DNA from: a virus
Taxonomy: Duplodnaviria; Caudoviricetes
Strand: one strand, 5' to 3'
Virus record (IMG/VR): IMGVR_UViG_3300030329_002202
Span: 1-59,542 of that record
DNA: 59,542 nucleotides
The notes beneath the pieces are model-generated. The model did no database searches. It worked only from the letters and a program-made list of their open reading frames with translations, and was not told the origin of the DNA. Below are positions 1 to 8,615 of this stretch, one piece after another. The position numbers and the translations under genes were made by a program. Each line of letters opens with the position of its first letter. The stretch's first letter is position 1.

Positions 1-229
1 AGTCAATAGCAAATAAATAAAGTTATTAACAATTCTATTAACAATCGTAAATGTAAAGAAATTTAACAGAGGGAAAACAATTCTAATCGAATAACAAAAA
101 CTTTTAATGGTAGAGGTTCAGAATAGATAGAAAGTCTGTTAGATGGCTTAAAAATGCCCTTCAAATTGATTTGGGGATAATTGCTTAAATGTTGGGGGGT
201 GTTATGCCAATGTGCTACACTTCTAAACA

Positions 230-319
230 GAACGAACGTTCTAAATAGTTTGTGGAACGACCATTCTAAAACAATCAACAGAACGACCATTCTAAAACAC
301 AGTAGAACAATCGTTCTAA
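230..319. repeat. Four ~25-bp-period copies of GAAC-N4-(G/A)TTCTAA, imperfect palindromes
   Basis: Copies start at 230 (gaacgaacgttctaa), 255 and 281 (gaacgaccattctaa) and 305 (gaacaatcgttctaa), in a non-coding region. Confidence 0.85.
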
Positions 320-667
320 TAAATAGTTGGGGTAATTGTCTTATAATATGTATTATGTTAAATAGACTTGGGGATATATAGTGTGTGATGCGTGATGTAT
401 TAATAGATGTACTGAAAGTCAATGCGTTATATGTGTGTTATATTGTTGGGGTGGGGTTAAAAATATCGACTTGGGGTTGGGCGTTAGCATTAGCATATTA
501 GTATATAATGCCACCCCTAAAAATTTCTAACAAAAAAATTTTAATCCAAAAAAAATATTGACTTAACATTACCTTAACATTAGAAATGTATATTGCAGCA
601 TGAGAGTAGATATATCAAAAATACTGTATATTTTAATGATGATAGGCGTTTTTTTAATGTCTGTGGT

Positions 668-976
668 CTAGCCTGCTGTATAAGTCATTATAGTTACATG
701 CTTATATATACCTGTAGATTGGCTATGTTTTATCTCATGATGTCCATTAAGATTTATATTCTCAGAAATATCTTTAACAATTCTAGAGGCAAATTGTTTG
801 GTAACTGTAAGAGTTATTAGGTCGTGGTCTATTAGATTGTTCTCAGCTTGAAATTCGATATATATATTACTAGTTGTTCCTGCACCAGCTAGAATATACA
901 TATATTTAAAATCTTTCTTATTAAATACGTACTCTGCTTCGTTAGCTGTTACAATAAAATTTATAGTTCCCCTCAT
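668..976 (-). CDS. Small putative capsid-associated protein, probable paralog of 24106 and 24530
   Basis: DLITLTVTKQFASRIVKDISENIN aligns with DVMVLTVTANTQKSVMASILDKIN of the ORF at 24106. Confidence 0.55.
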   Translation of the reverse strand: MRGTINFIVTANEAEYVFNKKDFKYMYILAGAGTTSNIYIEFQAENNLIDHDLITLTVTKQFASRIVKDISENINLNGHHEIKHSQSTGIYKHVTIMTYTAG

Positions 977-977
977 T

Positions 978-1517
978 TTAAATTATAATTCTTTTAGGTG
1001 GCTTTCTATTAGAGCCTCTGTATAGTTGCTCTTCCTTTACTTTAAAAACCCCCTTAAGTTTATTTGCTCCCCTTTTATCATGCATAACCCCTGCACCACT
1101 TAACATTTCATGCTCTAGTGTTTTTCCACCATTCTTATATTTACTAACCTTAACGCCATTTTTATTAAAAGGTTTTGGCTTCTTTTTTAATTTCACGCTA
1201 CCCCCTTTTTTCATAATACTCGCTGCAGCTCCTGCTTTTTTTAATGCATCATTATCACCTTGAGCCTCTTTTTTATCATTTATCTTATCAACTAAGGATT
1301 TACCACTCTTATCTCCTTGTGCTCCTCCACCAATTACTTTCACTCTCATTATATTTCCACCTCCTTCTCTTTGGCTCTGGTTAGCTTTTTCTTTTTCAGC
1401 CTCCCTTTTCTTGGCTCTAAGTTTTTTGGCCATCAATCCTATTGGTGTGATTGAGGCTGCAGCCTGCATTAAACCACCAAGAAAGTATTTGTTTATGTAT
1501 TTTCTATTTTTTGCCAT
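978..1517 (-). CDS. Lys/Gly-rich basic protein with xxGG motifs (putative internal virion protein)
   Basis: Start moved to ATG 1517 (MAKNRKY) because the longer ORF overlaps the upstream gene; contains KYFLGGL, MKKGGSV and YKNGGK. Confidence 0.65.
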   Translation of the reverse strand: MAKNRKYINKYFLGGLMQAAASITPIGLMAKKLRAKKREAEKEKANQSQREGGGNIMRVKVIGGGAQGDKSGKSLVDKINDKKEAQGDNDALKKAGAAASIMKKGGSVKLKKKPKPFNKNGVKVSKYKNGGKTLEHEMLSGAGVMHDKRGANKLKGVFKVKEEQLYRGSNRKPPKRIII

Positions 1518-1725
1518 TACCTGCAAATTTTTCAACGCCACTAATACCAAAACAGCCAAGAACAACCCACACAAATGAATCGTATACAAATTCATTGATA
1601 ACAAGGTCTTTTCCTACCCAGCCAGTTACTAAATCAGCAACCATAATTAAAACCATTATTAAGAATGCTATAAAACCTATTATAGCTTTCTCATTCCAAT
1701 TATTATCATTTTTAAATATATCCAT
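1504..1725 (-). CDS. Small two-TM membrane protein (holin-like)
   Basis: 73 aa with two hydrophobic helices and a basic C-terminus. Confidence 0.6.
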   Translation of the reverse strand: MDIFKNDNNWNEKAIIGFIAFLIMVLIMVADLVTGWVGKDLVINEFVYDSFVWVVLGCFGISGVEKFAGNGKK

Positions 1726-1781
1726 AATTAATTGTTTTTAATCTGCAAAGGGAACATCCTCATTTAAATCAAGAGGTTCCT

Positions 1782-2150
1782 CTATTTTTTTGCTTTTTTT
1801 TTACCACCATGATACTCTACTGCATGCCCTTCACTAATTAATGTTTCGTTTACATTAATTGGCATATCTAGGTTGTCAGGATATACAGTTAATACACCTA
1901 ATACCCTACCATATTTACCAACCTCCTTACTCTCTACCTGTAAATTACCCATATCAAGTATTTCAGTTAATCTATATTTAGCAGCTAAGCCAAGTTTTTT
2001 CTCCTCTAAATCTCTAGTTCTAGACTCTGGAGTATCAATACCTGCTAATCTTACCCTTTTATGAACTGATATATCAAATCCTAGGTCTATATTAACATCT
2101 ATAGTATCTCCATCAATAACCCTATCTAATTTAGCTTTATAAGTATACAT
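1782..2150 (-). CDS. Thermonuclease (SNase family)
   Basis: Motifs RVIDGDT, RLAGIDTPE and GKYGRVLG. Confidence 0.9.
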   Translation of the reverse strand: MYTYKAKLDRVIDGDTIDVNIDLGFDISVHKRVRLAGIDTPESRTRDLEEKKLGLAAKYRLTEILDMGNLQVESKEVGKYGRVLGVLTVYPDNLDMPINVNETLISEGHAVEYHGGKKKAKK

Positions 2151-2935
2151 TAGTTCATTATATATTTAATTTTACCATCCTGTATGTATATACTTTCTGG
2201 TCTTCGTATTGGTTGACCTAGAATATTATACATAAGACCATCATTTTCTGATTTTTCTAATATTTCCTGTATTGATGAGTTGCATGGCATACCTGTATCG
2301 CAGTCTATATATTCAGTTTGTATAACCTCAATATAGTCTATTACAGTATCAACAACAAATATTTCTATATATTCTGTCTCTACTATTGTATCATATATAG
2401 TAACCTCAACTTCCTCTATTACATCTATAAATAAGGTATCTAAAGCTCCTTCCATCCATAATGTGTCTGTCACATATACATATTCTGGAACCATAACTTC
2501 TACTTCAAATGTGTCAACCACTATTTGAGTTATATATTCAGTTTCAATAATTGTATCTAACTGTATAATTGTTTCATATATGTAAAAAGGAACTTCAACC
2601 TCTATAGTATCAGTAATAAATACATCAACATATTCTATTACAGGTATTTCCACATATACAGTATCGCATTCAGGTGGAGGAGGTGCACACTCCTCAGGAG
2701 AAGTAGGCACAGCACCATTTTCATCACCTGCATCCACACAATCGACCCACCCATCATTTAGCCATGAGTTTATAACACAACCATTAGGACTATACTGGGT
2801 CCAGTTAGATGGGTCATCGCCACAATAATAACCTTCTACCTCAACACAATCCATACATAATTGCTGAAAATCATAATCTTGACCCTTTAAAACAAAACTT
2901 AACAATGCAAGTAAAACAAATAAAACCTTTCTCAT
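2150..2935 (-). CDS. Secreted protein with LDL-receptor-A-like module, acidic beta repeats and a T9SS-like C-terminal tail
   Basis: Signal peptide followed by Q; WLNDGWVDCVDAGDE; repeated DT-I/V-I/V-E-T-E units; C-terminus YNILGQ...IYIQDGKIKY. Confidence 0.6.
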   Translation of the reverse strand: MRKVLFVLLALLSFVLKGQDYDFQQLCMDCVEVEGYYCGDDPSNWTQYSPNGCVINSWLNDGWVDCVDAGDENGAVPTSPEECAPPPPECDTVYVEIPVIEYVDVFITDTIEVEVPFYIYETIIQLDTIIETEYITQIVVDTFEVEVMVPEYVYVTDTLWMEGALDTLFIDVIEEVEVTIYDTIVETEYIEIFVVDTVIDYIEVIQTEYIDCDTGMPCNSSIQEILEKSENDGLMYNILGQPIRRPESIYIQDGKIKYIMN

Positions 2936-2937
2936 AA

Positions 2938-3966
2938 TTAAAATATTAAATAGTTAAAACCAAACTTTACCTCATATACTGGCTTCATCCAGTATCTCAT
3001 ATGAGTTCCTTCTACGAATATACCCAAATGTTTAGTTAAACGAGAACCAAGAACTAATCCTGCGTCCCATTCCATGTTGTCCCAATCTTCCTGGCCATAC
3101 TCAAATGAATAGTCATCTATACCATAATGTAAAGGCATACAATTAACCCACATATGCATCCACATTCTATCTGTATATCTATAATAAGCTAATCCTATAA
3201 CAGCACTTAACTGTTTCTGCATACCAAGTTTATCAAGCTCTCTTTCGTTAAATGATGCTACTGCATCACCAAAGTAGTGTTTATAAAACTCATCATTAGA
3301 TGTAGCTATTAACTCACCATCATTAAACCAGTGCCATCTTCCATTAACAAATTCAGTAGAATAACCAAACTCACCTGCTAATTGAGAAAAAGACTGCTCT
3401 CCAGGTGTCCAAAAATCCTCTATAGGGTTTATTCCATATGGGTCATGCATACGAAAAACACCACCTAGAGTTATATCCCAGTTACCTTTAGCTAGTCTAA
3501 ATCTAGTGTCAAAAGAGTTGTATCTTAAATCTACTCTTTGGTTATCTTTGTATTGGAGTTTTGTGACACACCAATCTCCAAGGTATCTAAGCCAGAAATT
3601 TTTCTCAGTATACTTATCCCCACGATTGCGTATAAATGAATAATTAAATAAATACTCCCAACCAATAGCGTTACCAATAGTAACATTATCTGCAACAGCT
3701 TTTTCAGTGCCATAATACCACGTTTTAACTTTATATTCATAATCAAATCTTGCTATTTTTCTCAAGCCTATTGTTAAATTATAGTCATAAGGATTGACTT
3801 GAGTTACATCCTCATATCCCCTATCTATAGCAATATAATCCTCATCTTCCATAAAAGATGTATTCATTGTCATTGAAGTATATATAGTGGAGTATTTAAA
3901 AAAATCTCGAATTTGTGCCTGTGCACAAATATTAATAAAGAGAAATAGTATTATTATCTTTTTCAT
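2938..3966 (-). CDS. Putative outer-membrane beta-barrel protein
   Basis: Signal peptide (AQA-Q), alternating aromatic beta-strands, C-terminal KFGFNYLIF resembling a BAM signal. Confidence 0.65.
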   Translation of the reverse strand: MKKIIILFLFINICAQAQIRDFFKYSTIYTSMTMNTSFMEDEDYIAIDRGYEDVTQVNPYDYNLTIGLRKIARFDYEYKVKTWYYGTEKAVADNVTIGNAIGWEYLFNYSFIRNRGDKYTEKNFWLRYLGDWCVTKLQYKDNQRVDLRYNSFDTRFRLAKGNWDITLGGVFRMHDPYGINPIEDFWTPGEQSFSQLAGEFGYSTEFVNGRWHWFNDGELIATSNDEFYKHYFGDAVASFNERELDKLGMQKQLSAVIGLAYYRYTDRMWMHMWVNCMPLHYGIDDYSFEYGQEDWDNMEWDAGLVLGSRLTKHLGIFVEGTHMRYWMKPVYEVKFGFNYLIF

Positions 3967-3984
3967 TGTTTTTATTTTTACCTG

Positions 3985-3992
3985 TAAATATA
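3985..3992 (-). promoter_or_regulatory. Bacteroidota -7 promoter element variant (TATATTTA)
   Basis: One mismatch from TAnnTTTG; intergenic, 18 bp upstream of the ATG at 3966. Confidence 0.45.
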
Positions 3993-4012
3993 CGAATTTT
4001 TAACTAAATTAA

Positions 4013-4573
4013 TTAATCAACCCCTATTACTTTTTCAATACTAGCTGTTGCTACACCTTTTACTTTTGCAATACTAGAGGCACCTACGTTATTAACCTCA
4101 TGTCCATATCCTGCTGGAGCAGCAGTATAATCTACTGTTACATATAGTTCAACCAATGTTATACCCTTATTATCAGGGTCTATTTTAACACTACAGTCAT
4201 TTATATATGCGTATGTTAAAGCTGATGAACCATCTTGTTGTGTTGTTCTAGCAGTTGTTGTTTGAGTTGTTTGTGAACTAGTCCAGTTTTCATTTTCAGC
4301 AGCAAAGGCACCATCACTTGAGTGTATTAAAGATAATTCACACGTTGAAGCTCCTGCTCTACCAGCAGCACCATTCGCTGATATTGTAAAACTATTTATT
4401 GTAGCTCCACTTAATGAGGAATCTAAATCTTCTAATACAGCAGTCCAATTACATGTTGTATTATTTTGCACTACAGCAGTTGTTGGGTTACCATCAGCAG
4501 CTTTTGGATATGGGTCTTGAGTCCACCCTGTTTGAGAAGTTGTTGATGTTGGTCTTAATATTACTGTTGCCAT
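4013..4573 (-). CDS. Putative virion structural / fibre-associated protein
   Basis: Thr/Ser/Ala-rich beta-type composition, directly downstream of a fibre-like gene. Confidence 0.5.
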   Translation of the reverse strand: MATVILRPTSTTSQTGWTQDPYPKAADGNPTTAVVQNNTTCNWTAVLEDLDSSLSGATINSFTISANGAAGRAGASTCELSLIHSSDGAFAAENENWTSSQTTQTTTARTTQQDGSSALTYAYINDCSVKIDPDNKGITLVELYVTVDYTAAPAGYGHEVNNVGASSIAKVKGVATASIEKVIGVD

Positions 4574-4576
4574 ATC

Positions 4577-6079
4577 TTACGCACTTACTACTACCCATGT
4601 ATTATCTGGACAAAACCACATTTCATCGTCATTACCCATCTTATATCCTATTACTCTTACCACATCATTATTTGAACTAGGTGCTGTTGATATTGTGTTG
4701 CCTGCTACTGTATCTGATAAATACACTGGAGTTCCATAGTTGTTGTCACCAGTATTATGGTCTAAAGTATACATACCTCTTAATAGCATTCCATCTGTAG
4801 CAGGGTCTGTTCCTAGGGCTATTGCTAATAAATTAGTTGATGTACTTTCAGCATTTGCTTGTGCAGCAGTCCAGATTGGGTTATTACTTCCATCTGTATT
4901 TAAATAACATATTTCCCCCTCAGTTGTAGAACCTGTTCCAAAATAAACAACATCTCCATCGTGGTCATTGTCAGTGCTTGATGAAACTGTCATTTTACGC
5001 CTTTTTATAGAGGTGGAATAATGCAGGTCAGGAGTTGTTAATGTTATATTACCATCAGCACTAATAGTTAAGTCTGCTGCTGTTGCAGCAGCATCAGTTG
5101 TAGAGATTGTTGTAGCTCCATGTTCTGCCACAGACACTTTAAACGTATCACTTGTACCATGTCCCCCTTCTGAGTACATAATTAAATCTGTTGTGTTAAT
5201 ATCTCCCTGTAAAGACATCCATGTTGCACTAGCTCTTACTGTGGTGCCACTCCCAGCATTTTGAAAAGCCCCTAGCCACCAGAATCTACCATTACTCCCA
5301 CTTCCAGTTGGTGTCCCAAGATAAAATTGCATATCTGAACCATTTTTATCAGTCCCTACACCATTACCAGACTTAATATAAAGCCTAGAACCATTATCAT
5401 CACCAGGAGAACCAACTTCAATAACATAGATAGAGTCTGATGCATCTCCTACTGTAAGGGTGTTCGAGCTCCATTTTAGCTTGGATTCAGATGTTACTGT
5501 ACCATCTCCATCGTCAGTTAATAATTGGTTGGCAGACCCATCAACACCTACAGGATGTAGGTCAGAAACAGATAGAACACCACTACTGGCAGACAAGCCT
5601 GTAGAAGATGCAGTTCCTGCAAATAAAGTAGCTACGTCATTTATACTTCCTTTTGAGGCAGTGCCTGATGCACCACCATCTAAAAATATTACATTATCAC
5701 CAACAGCGATAGTAGCTGCAGCAGCCTCAGTTAAATCTACATTAAATGTTGTTGTTGATAAATCTAGAAGTGTTCCAGCAGAGTAAGTTGTGTCAGACAA
5801 AGAAATTGTGCCACTTGCGTCAGGTAGCATAATTATTCTATCTACTGTTGGGTCAGTTGCTAGCAAAATTGTTTCATAATCATCAGCAGTACCTCCCTCA
5901 AATGTAATATTAGCAGAAATAGCTATACCATTAACAGAAAGGTCTGGAGAAGCACTTGTGGAATTTGCATTAAGTTGATTAACGTGAAGTGTATTGAAAT
6001 ATCCTTTATCCCAATATTTATCTGAAGAACCTATCTGTCCATCATTATTACTCTTGGGTTTAATTGTTCTAGTACCCAT
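4577..6079 (-). CDS. Tail/head fibre-like protein
   Basis: Gly/Ser/Thr/Asp-rich; C-terminal GEICYL..W..A.A..LAIALG..GTPVYLS..VVRVIG module typical of phage fibre/decoration proteins. Confidence 0.6.
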   Translation of the reverse strand: MGTRTIKPKSNNDGQIGSSDKYWDKGYFNTLHVNQLNANSTSASPDLSVNGIAISANITFEGGTADDYETILLATDPTVDRIIMLPDASGTISLSDTTYSAGTLLDLSTTTFNVDLTEAAAATIAVGDNVIFLDGGASGTASKGSINDVATLFAGTASSTGLSASSGVLSVSDLHPVGVDGSANQLLTDDGDGTVTSESKLKWSSNTLTVGDASDSIYVIEVGSPGDDNGSRLYIKSGNGVGTDKNGSDMQFYLGTPTGSGSNGRFWWLGAFQNAGSGTTVRASATWMSLQGDINTTDLIMYSEGGHGTSDTFKVSVAEHGATTISTTDAAATAADLTISADGNITLTTPDLHYSTSIKRRKMTVSSSTDNDHDGDVVYFGTGSTTEGEICYLNTDGSNNPIWTAAQANAESTSTNLLAIALGTDPATDGMLLRGMYTLDHNTGDNNYGTPVYLSDTVAGNTISTAPSSNNDVVRVIGYKMGNDDEMWFCPDNTWVVVSA

Positions 6080-6090
6080 CTAATAAGATT

Positions 6091-6813
6091 TTAGTATTCT
6101 ATATCTAACTTGAAAGAAAGAGAATGTGGTGTGAATAATTCTTCGTCATCTGCTAAAGCGTGAGCTGTAACTGCTGTAAATACTATTGACGTTGCAGTTA
6201 AAGATTCAATAACTCCAACAACATTATCATCCACATCTACTACAGTATCTCCAACTTTAAAGTGTAAAGTAGCATCAACAGTGTCTACTGCTACTGTTGC
6301 AGAAGCTCCAGCACTAACAGCACCATCAACAATAACACCTGTTGAACCTGTGAAGGTAGGTGTATCATTATCAGGACCAACAATTCCAGCCATATAAACA
6401 GTTCTGCTTCCTGCTTTTGGTTGAAGAACCATTGGAAGAGCAGAGACTGACTGATGAGTAGCTGCAGTGCCACTAAGACGATTGTCAGAAACCATAAAAT
6501 TGTCGAAATCATTTACCTGTGTGTCATACCTTCTAATAAATGTGTAACAAAGTAAACTATCTCTAGCCTGCATAGCTGTTACTGTGCCAGCAGTCGCATT
6601 TAAAGTTCCTAATGTTATATCTTCATCCCAAAAGGTTATTTGTACAGCCCCATCCCCAACTACATTCTCAGCCCTATCTACCATTTGAATACCTAATAAC
6701 TTACAAGCACCATTAGTTGGTAGCTCTATAGCAACACAGTTAAATAACACATCATTATCAGCATGTGCGTCTTGGTCTACAACAGGAGATACCTTTATTT
6801 GTCTTACTGCCAT
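6091..6813 (-). CDS. Putative structural protein with a shared beta module
   Basis: VDATLHFKVGDTVVD..VVGVIESLTATSIVFT is similar to the C-terminal module of the fibre at 12279. Confidence 0.55.
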   Translation of the reverse strand: MAVRQIKVSPVVDQDAHADNDVLFNCVAIELPTNGACKLLGIQMVDRAENVVGDGAVQITFWDEDITLGTLNATAGTVTAMQARDSLLCYTFIRRYDTQVNDFDNFMVSDNRLSGTAATHQSVSALPMVLQPKAGSRTVYMAGIVGPDNDTPTFTGSTGVIVDGAVSAGASATVAVDTVDATLHFKVGDTVVDVDDNVVGVIESLTATSIVFTAVTAHALADDEELFTPHSLSFKLDIEY

Positions 6814-6850
6814 TTTATTATAATTTTAAAGATTATCAATTAATTATTGT

Positions 6851-6879
6851 CAAATATAAGAATAATTTATTTATATTTG
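6851..6879. promoter_or_regulatory. Divergent pair of Bacteroidota -7 promoter elements (TATATTTG on both strands)
   Basis: caaatataa (6851-6859) and ttatatttg (6871-6879) form a 9-bp inverted repeat between divergent genes. Confidence 0.7.
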
Positions 6880-6897
6880 TCATAATATTTTAATTAA

Positions 6898-7221
6898 ATG
6901 AAAGAAAAAAATTATTTAAAGTATTATAGGGATACTCTATTTTACTTTAGAGATAACTATAGTTTGAAGGTTTCAGACATAGAATTTTTGTTCTTTGTGT
7001 ATGATTTAAAGTATTTCACAGGCACTGATATTAAAAACAACTATAAGTGCTCAATGACTTTTTTGACTAGAAATATGCCAGATTTGCTAAAAAAAGGCTA
7101 TCTTGCAATTTATCAAGAGAGAGCTAGACACAGGGCGAGAAAATATATGATTTCACACAGGGGTAAAATAATGATAACTAGGTTCTATAATATATTAGAA
7201 CAATTAGAAGCAAAAATATAA
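6898..7221 (+). CDS. Winged-helix (MarR-like) DNA-binding protein
   Basis: Pattern DIEFLFFVY...LLKKGYL...KYMISHRGK. Confidence 0.6.
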   Translation: MKEKNYLKYYRDTLFYFRDNYSLKVSDIEFLFFVYDLKYFTGTDIKNNYKCSMTFLTRNMPDLLKKGYLAIYQERARHRARKYMISHRGKIMITRFYNILEQLEAKI

Positions 7222-7224
7222 AAA

Positions 7225-8610
7225 ATGCCAAGAGTAGGAAAAAAGAAATTCCCATACACCAATAAGGGTTTAGCAGATGCAAAAGCTTATGCTAAGAAAA
7301 ACGATTTACCAATAATCTATACTGAAGATAATAAACCAAGCATGGCTATTCCAAGTTATGCTGAAGGTGGTGGTGTAAGATTTTATGAAACTCAGTCACC
7401 ATCAGGTGGTGGTGGGTTAGACCTTCATCAAGCTGAGGCCATGGATTGGTCAGGTGGTGCAAGAAATACAGAAAAATTTAAAGAAAAGCATAAAGAAAAA
7501 AAGATAAGCGAACTTGATAATACAACTGATGAAACTATTGAGGAAACGAATACATGTCCAGAGGGGCAAAAGCCAGATGGTCAAGGAGGTTGTATCCCAA
7601 TAGTAGAAGAAGAAGGTGATGAAACTGGGGGAGAAACTGGAGATGAAACTGGGGGAGAAACAGGTGGAGAAACAGGAGGAGAAACAGGAGATGAGACTGG
7701 TGGCGAGACAGGAGATGAGACTGGTGGTGAGACTGGTGGTGAAACAGGAGGTGAGACAGGCGATGAAACAGGAGGGGTTACTAATGAAACAGGAGGGGTT
7801 ACTAATGAAACTGGAGGAGCTACTGATAATGAAGGTGCGAGAAGCAGCGAGTATGTTCCACAAACAATTAGTAGAAGAGACATGGAAACAGATATAACTC
7901 CACAGTCTTCTATGCGTAGAGAAGAATATGTTCCTCAGTCTACATTTGGTCCAGGAGAAAATCCTAACATTGGAAGAGGAGAGGGTGATTATAGTCATGA
8001 AAAAAAGAACTTAATTCCTCAAGCTAAGAAGGCTGGTATAGGATTAGGTGGTTCAGGAGCAGGTGATGGTGGCCAAACATTAGGTGATTTAGGTGGAGGT
8101 GAAGGTTTTGGTAGTAAGTTAAAGGGGGATGGTGAGAGTCTTGCAGACAAGATAAAAGATAAAACCTCTGGAGGTGGAGGAGGAAATAACCCACTTGAGG
8201 CTATAAAAGAAAAGGCTGAAGAGGTAACAGATGAGGTCTCAGCTAAAAAAGGTGCTGTAATAAAGGTTAATAAGAAGAATGGTAATAATACTCAAGATGC
8301 TAATTATGTTTTTAGCGATGAATATAAAAGAGACATGAAGGAGTGGACAGCAGCTAAAAATCAAGAAACTGTTGACAAAATGGAGTTTAACAAAGTATTT
8401 CCTATGATGAGAAAATCATATGGTCCTGACCACACATTTAAATGGAGAGGTAAGATGTACACCACTGAAACAAAAGATGACCAAACAAATAAAGGTAAAA
8501 TGCATAAAGGTGGTAAGGTAAGAGTTAATAAAAAATCAGGAAAAAAAGCACAAGGAGTGGCTATCATTATAGCTATGGGTAAACCTAAAATTAATAGAAA
8601 GAAAAAATAA
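7225..8610 (+). CDS. Low-complexity putative internal virion protein
   Basis: 461 aa; G[GD]ET repeats, xxGG motifs, FNKVF..MRK...TFKWRGKMYTTE module, basic termini. Confidence 0.7.
   Translation: MPRVGKKKFPYTNKGLADAKAYAKKNDLPIIYTEDNKPSMAIPSYAEGGGVRFYETQSPSGGGGLDLHQAEAMDWSGGARNTEKFKEKHKEKKISELDNTTDETIEETNTCPEGQKPDGQGGCIPIVEEEGDETGGETGDETGGETGGETGGETGDETGGETGDETGGETGGETGGETGDETGGVTNETGGVTNETGGATDNEGARSSEYVPQTISRRDMETDITPQSSMRREEYVPQSTFGPGENPNIGRGEGDYSHEKKNLIPQAKKAGIGLGGSGAGDGGQTLGDLGGGEGFGSKLKGDGESLADKIKDKTSGGGGGNNPLEAIKEKAEEVTDEVSAKKGAVIKVNKKNGNNTQDANYVFSDEYKRDMKEWTAAKNQETVDKMEFNKVFPMMRKSYGPDHTFKWRGKMYTTETKDDQTNKGKMHKGGKVRVNKKSGKKAQGVAIIIAMGKPKINRKKK
7615..7812 (+). repeat. Coding tandem repeat: 13 x 12 bp (G[GD]ET) followed by 2 x 21 bp (GGVTNET)
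   Basis: Read directly in the DNA and the protein; copies differ at synonymous sites. Confidence 0.95.
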
Positions 8611-8615
8611 TAAAA

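Noticed and set aside
230-319. Repeat array as a mini-CRISPR or host LexA site
   Set aside because: Spacers are only ~10 bp and no cas genes are present; the Cheo-type box does not fit the Bacteroidota-type promoters and signal peptides
558-586. TTGACT-17-TAGAAA sigma70-like promoter
   Set aside because: Points antisense into the leftward operon, is likely by chance in AT-rich DNA, and is the wrong consensus for the inferred host
63-820. ORFs 63-422 (-), 181-381 (+) and 593-820 (+)
   Set aside because: Non-ATG starts, atypical composition; they overlap the repeat region or lie antisense to a better gene
7450-7998. Antisense and alternate-frame ORFs over the GET repeat (SPPV repeats etc.)
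   Set aside because: By-products of a stop-free tandem repeat
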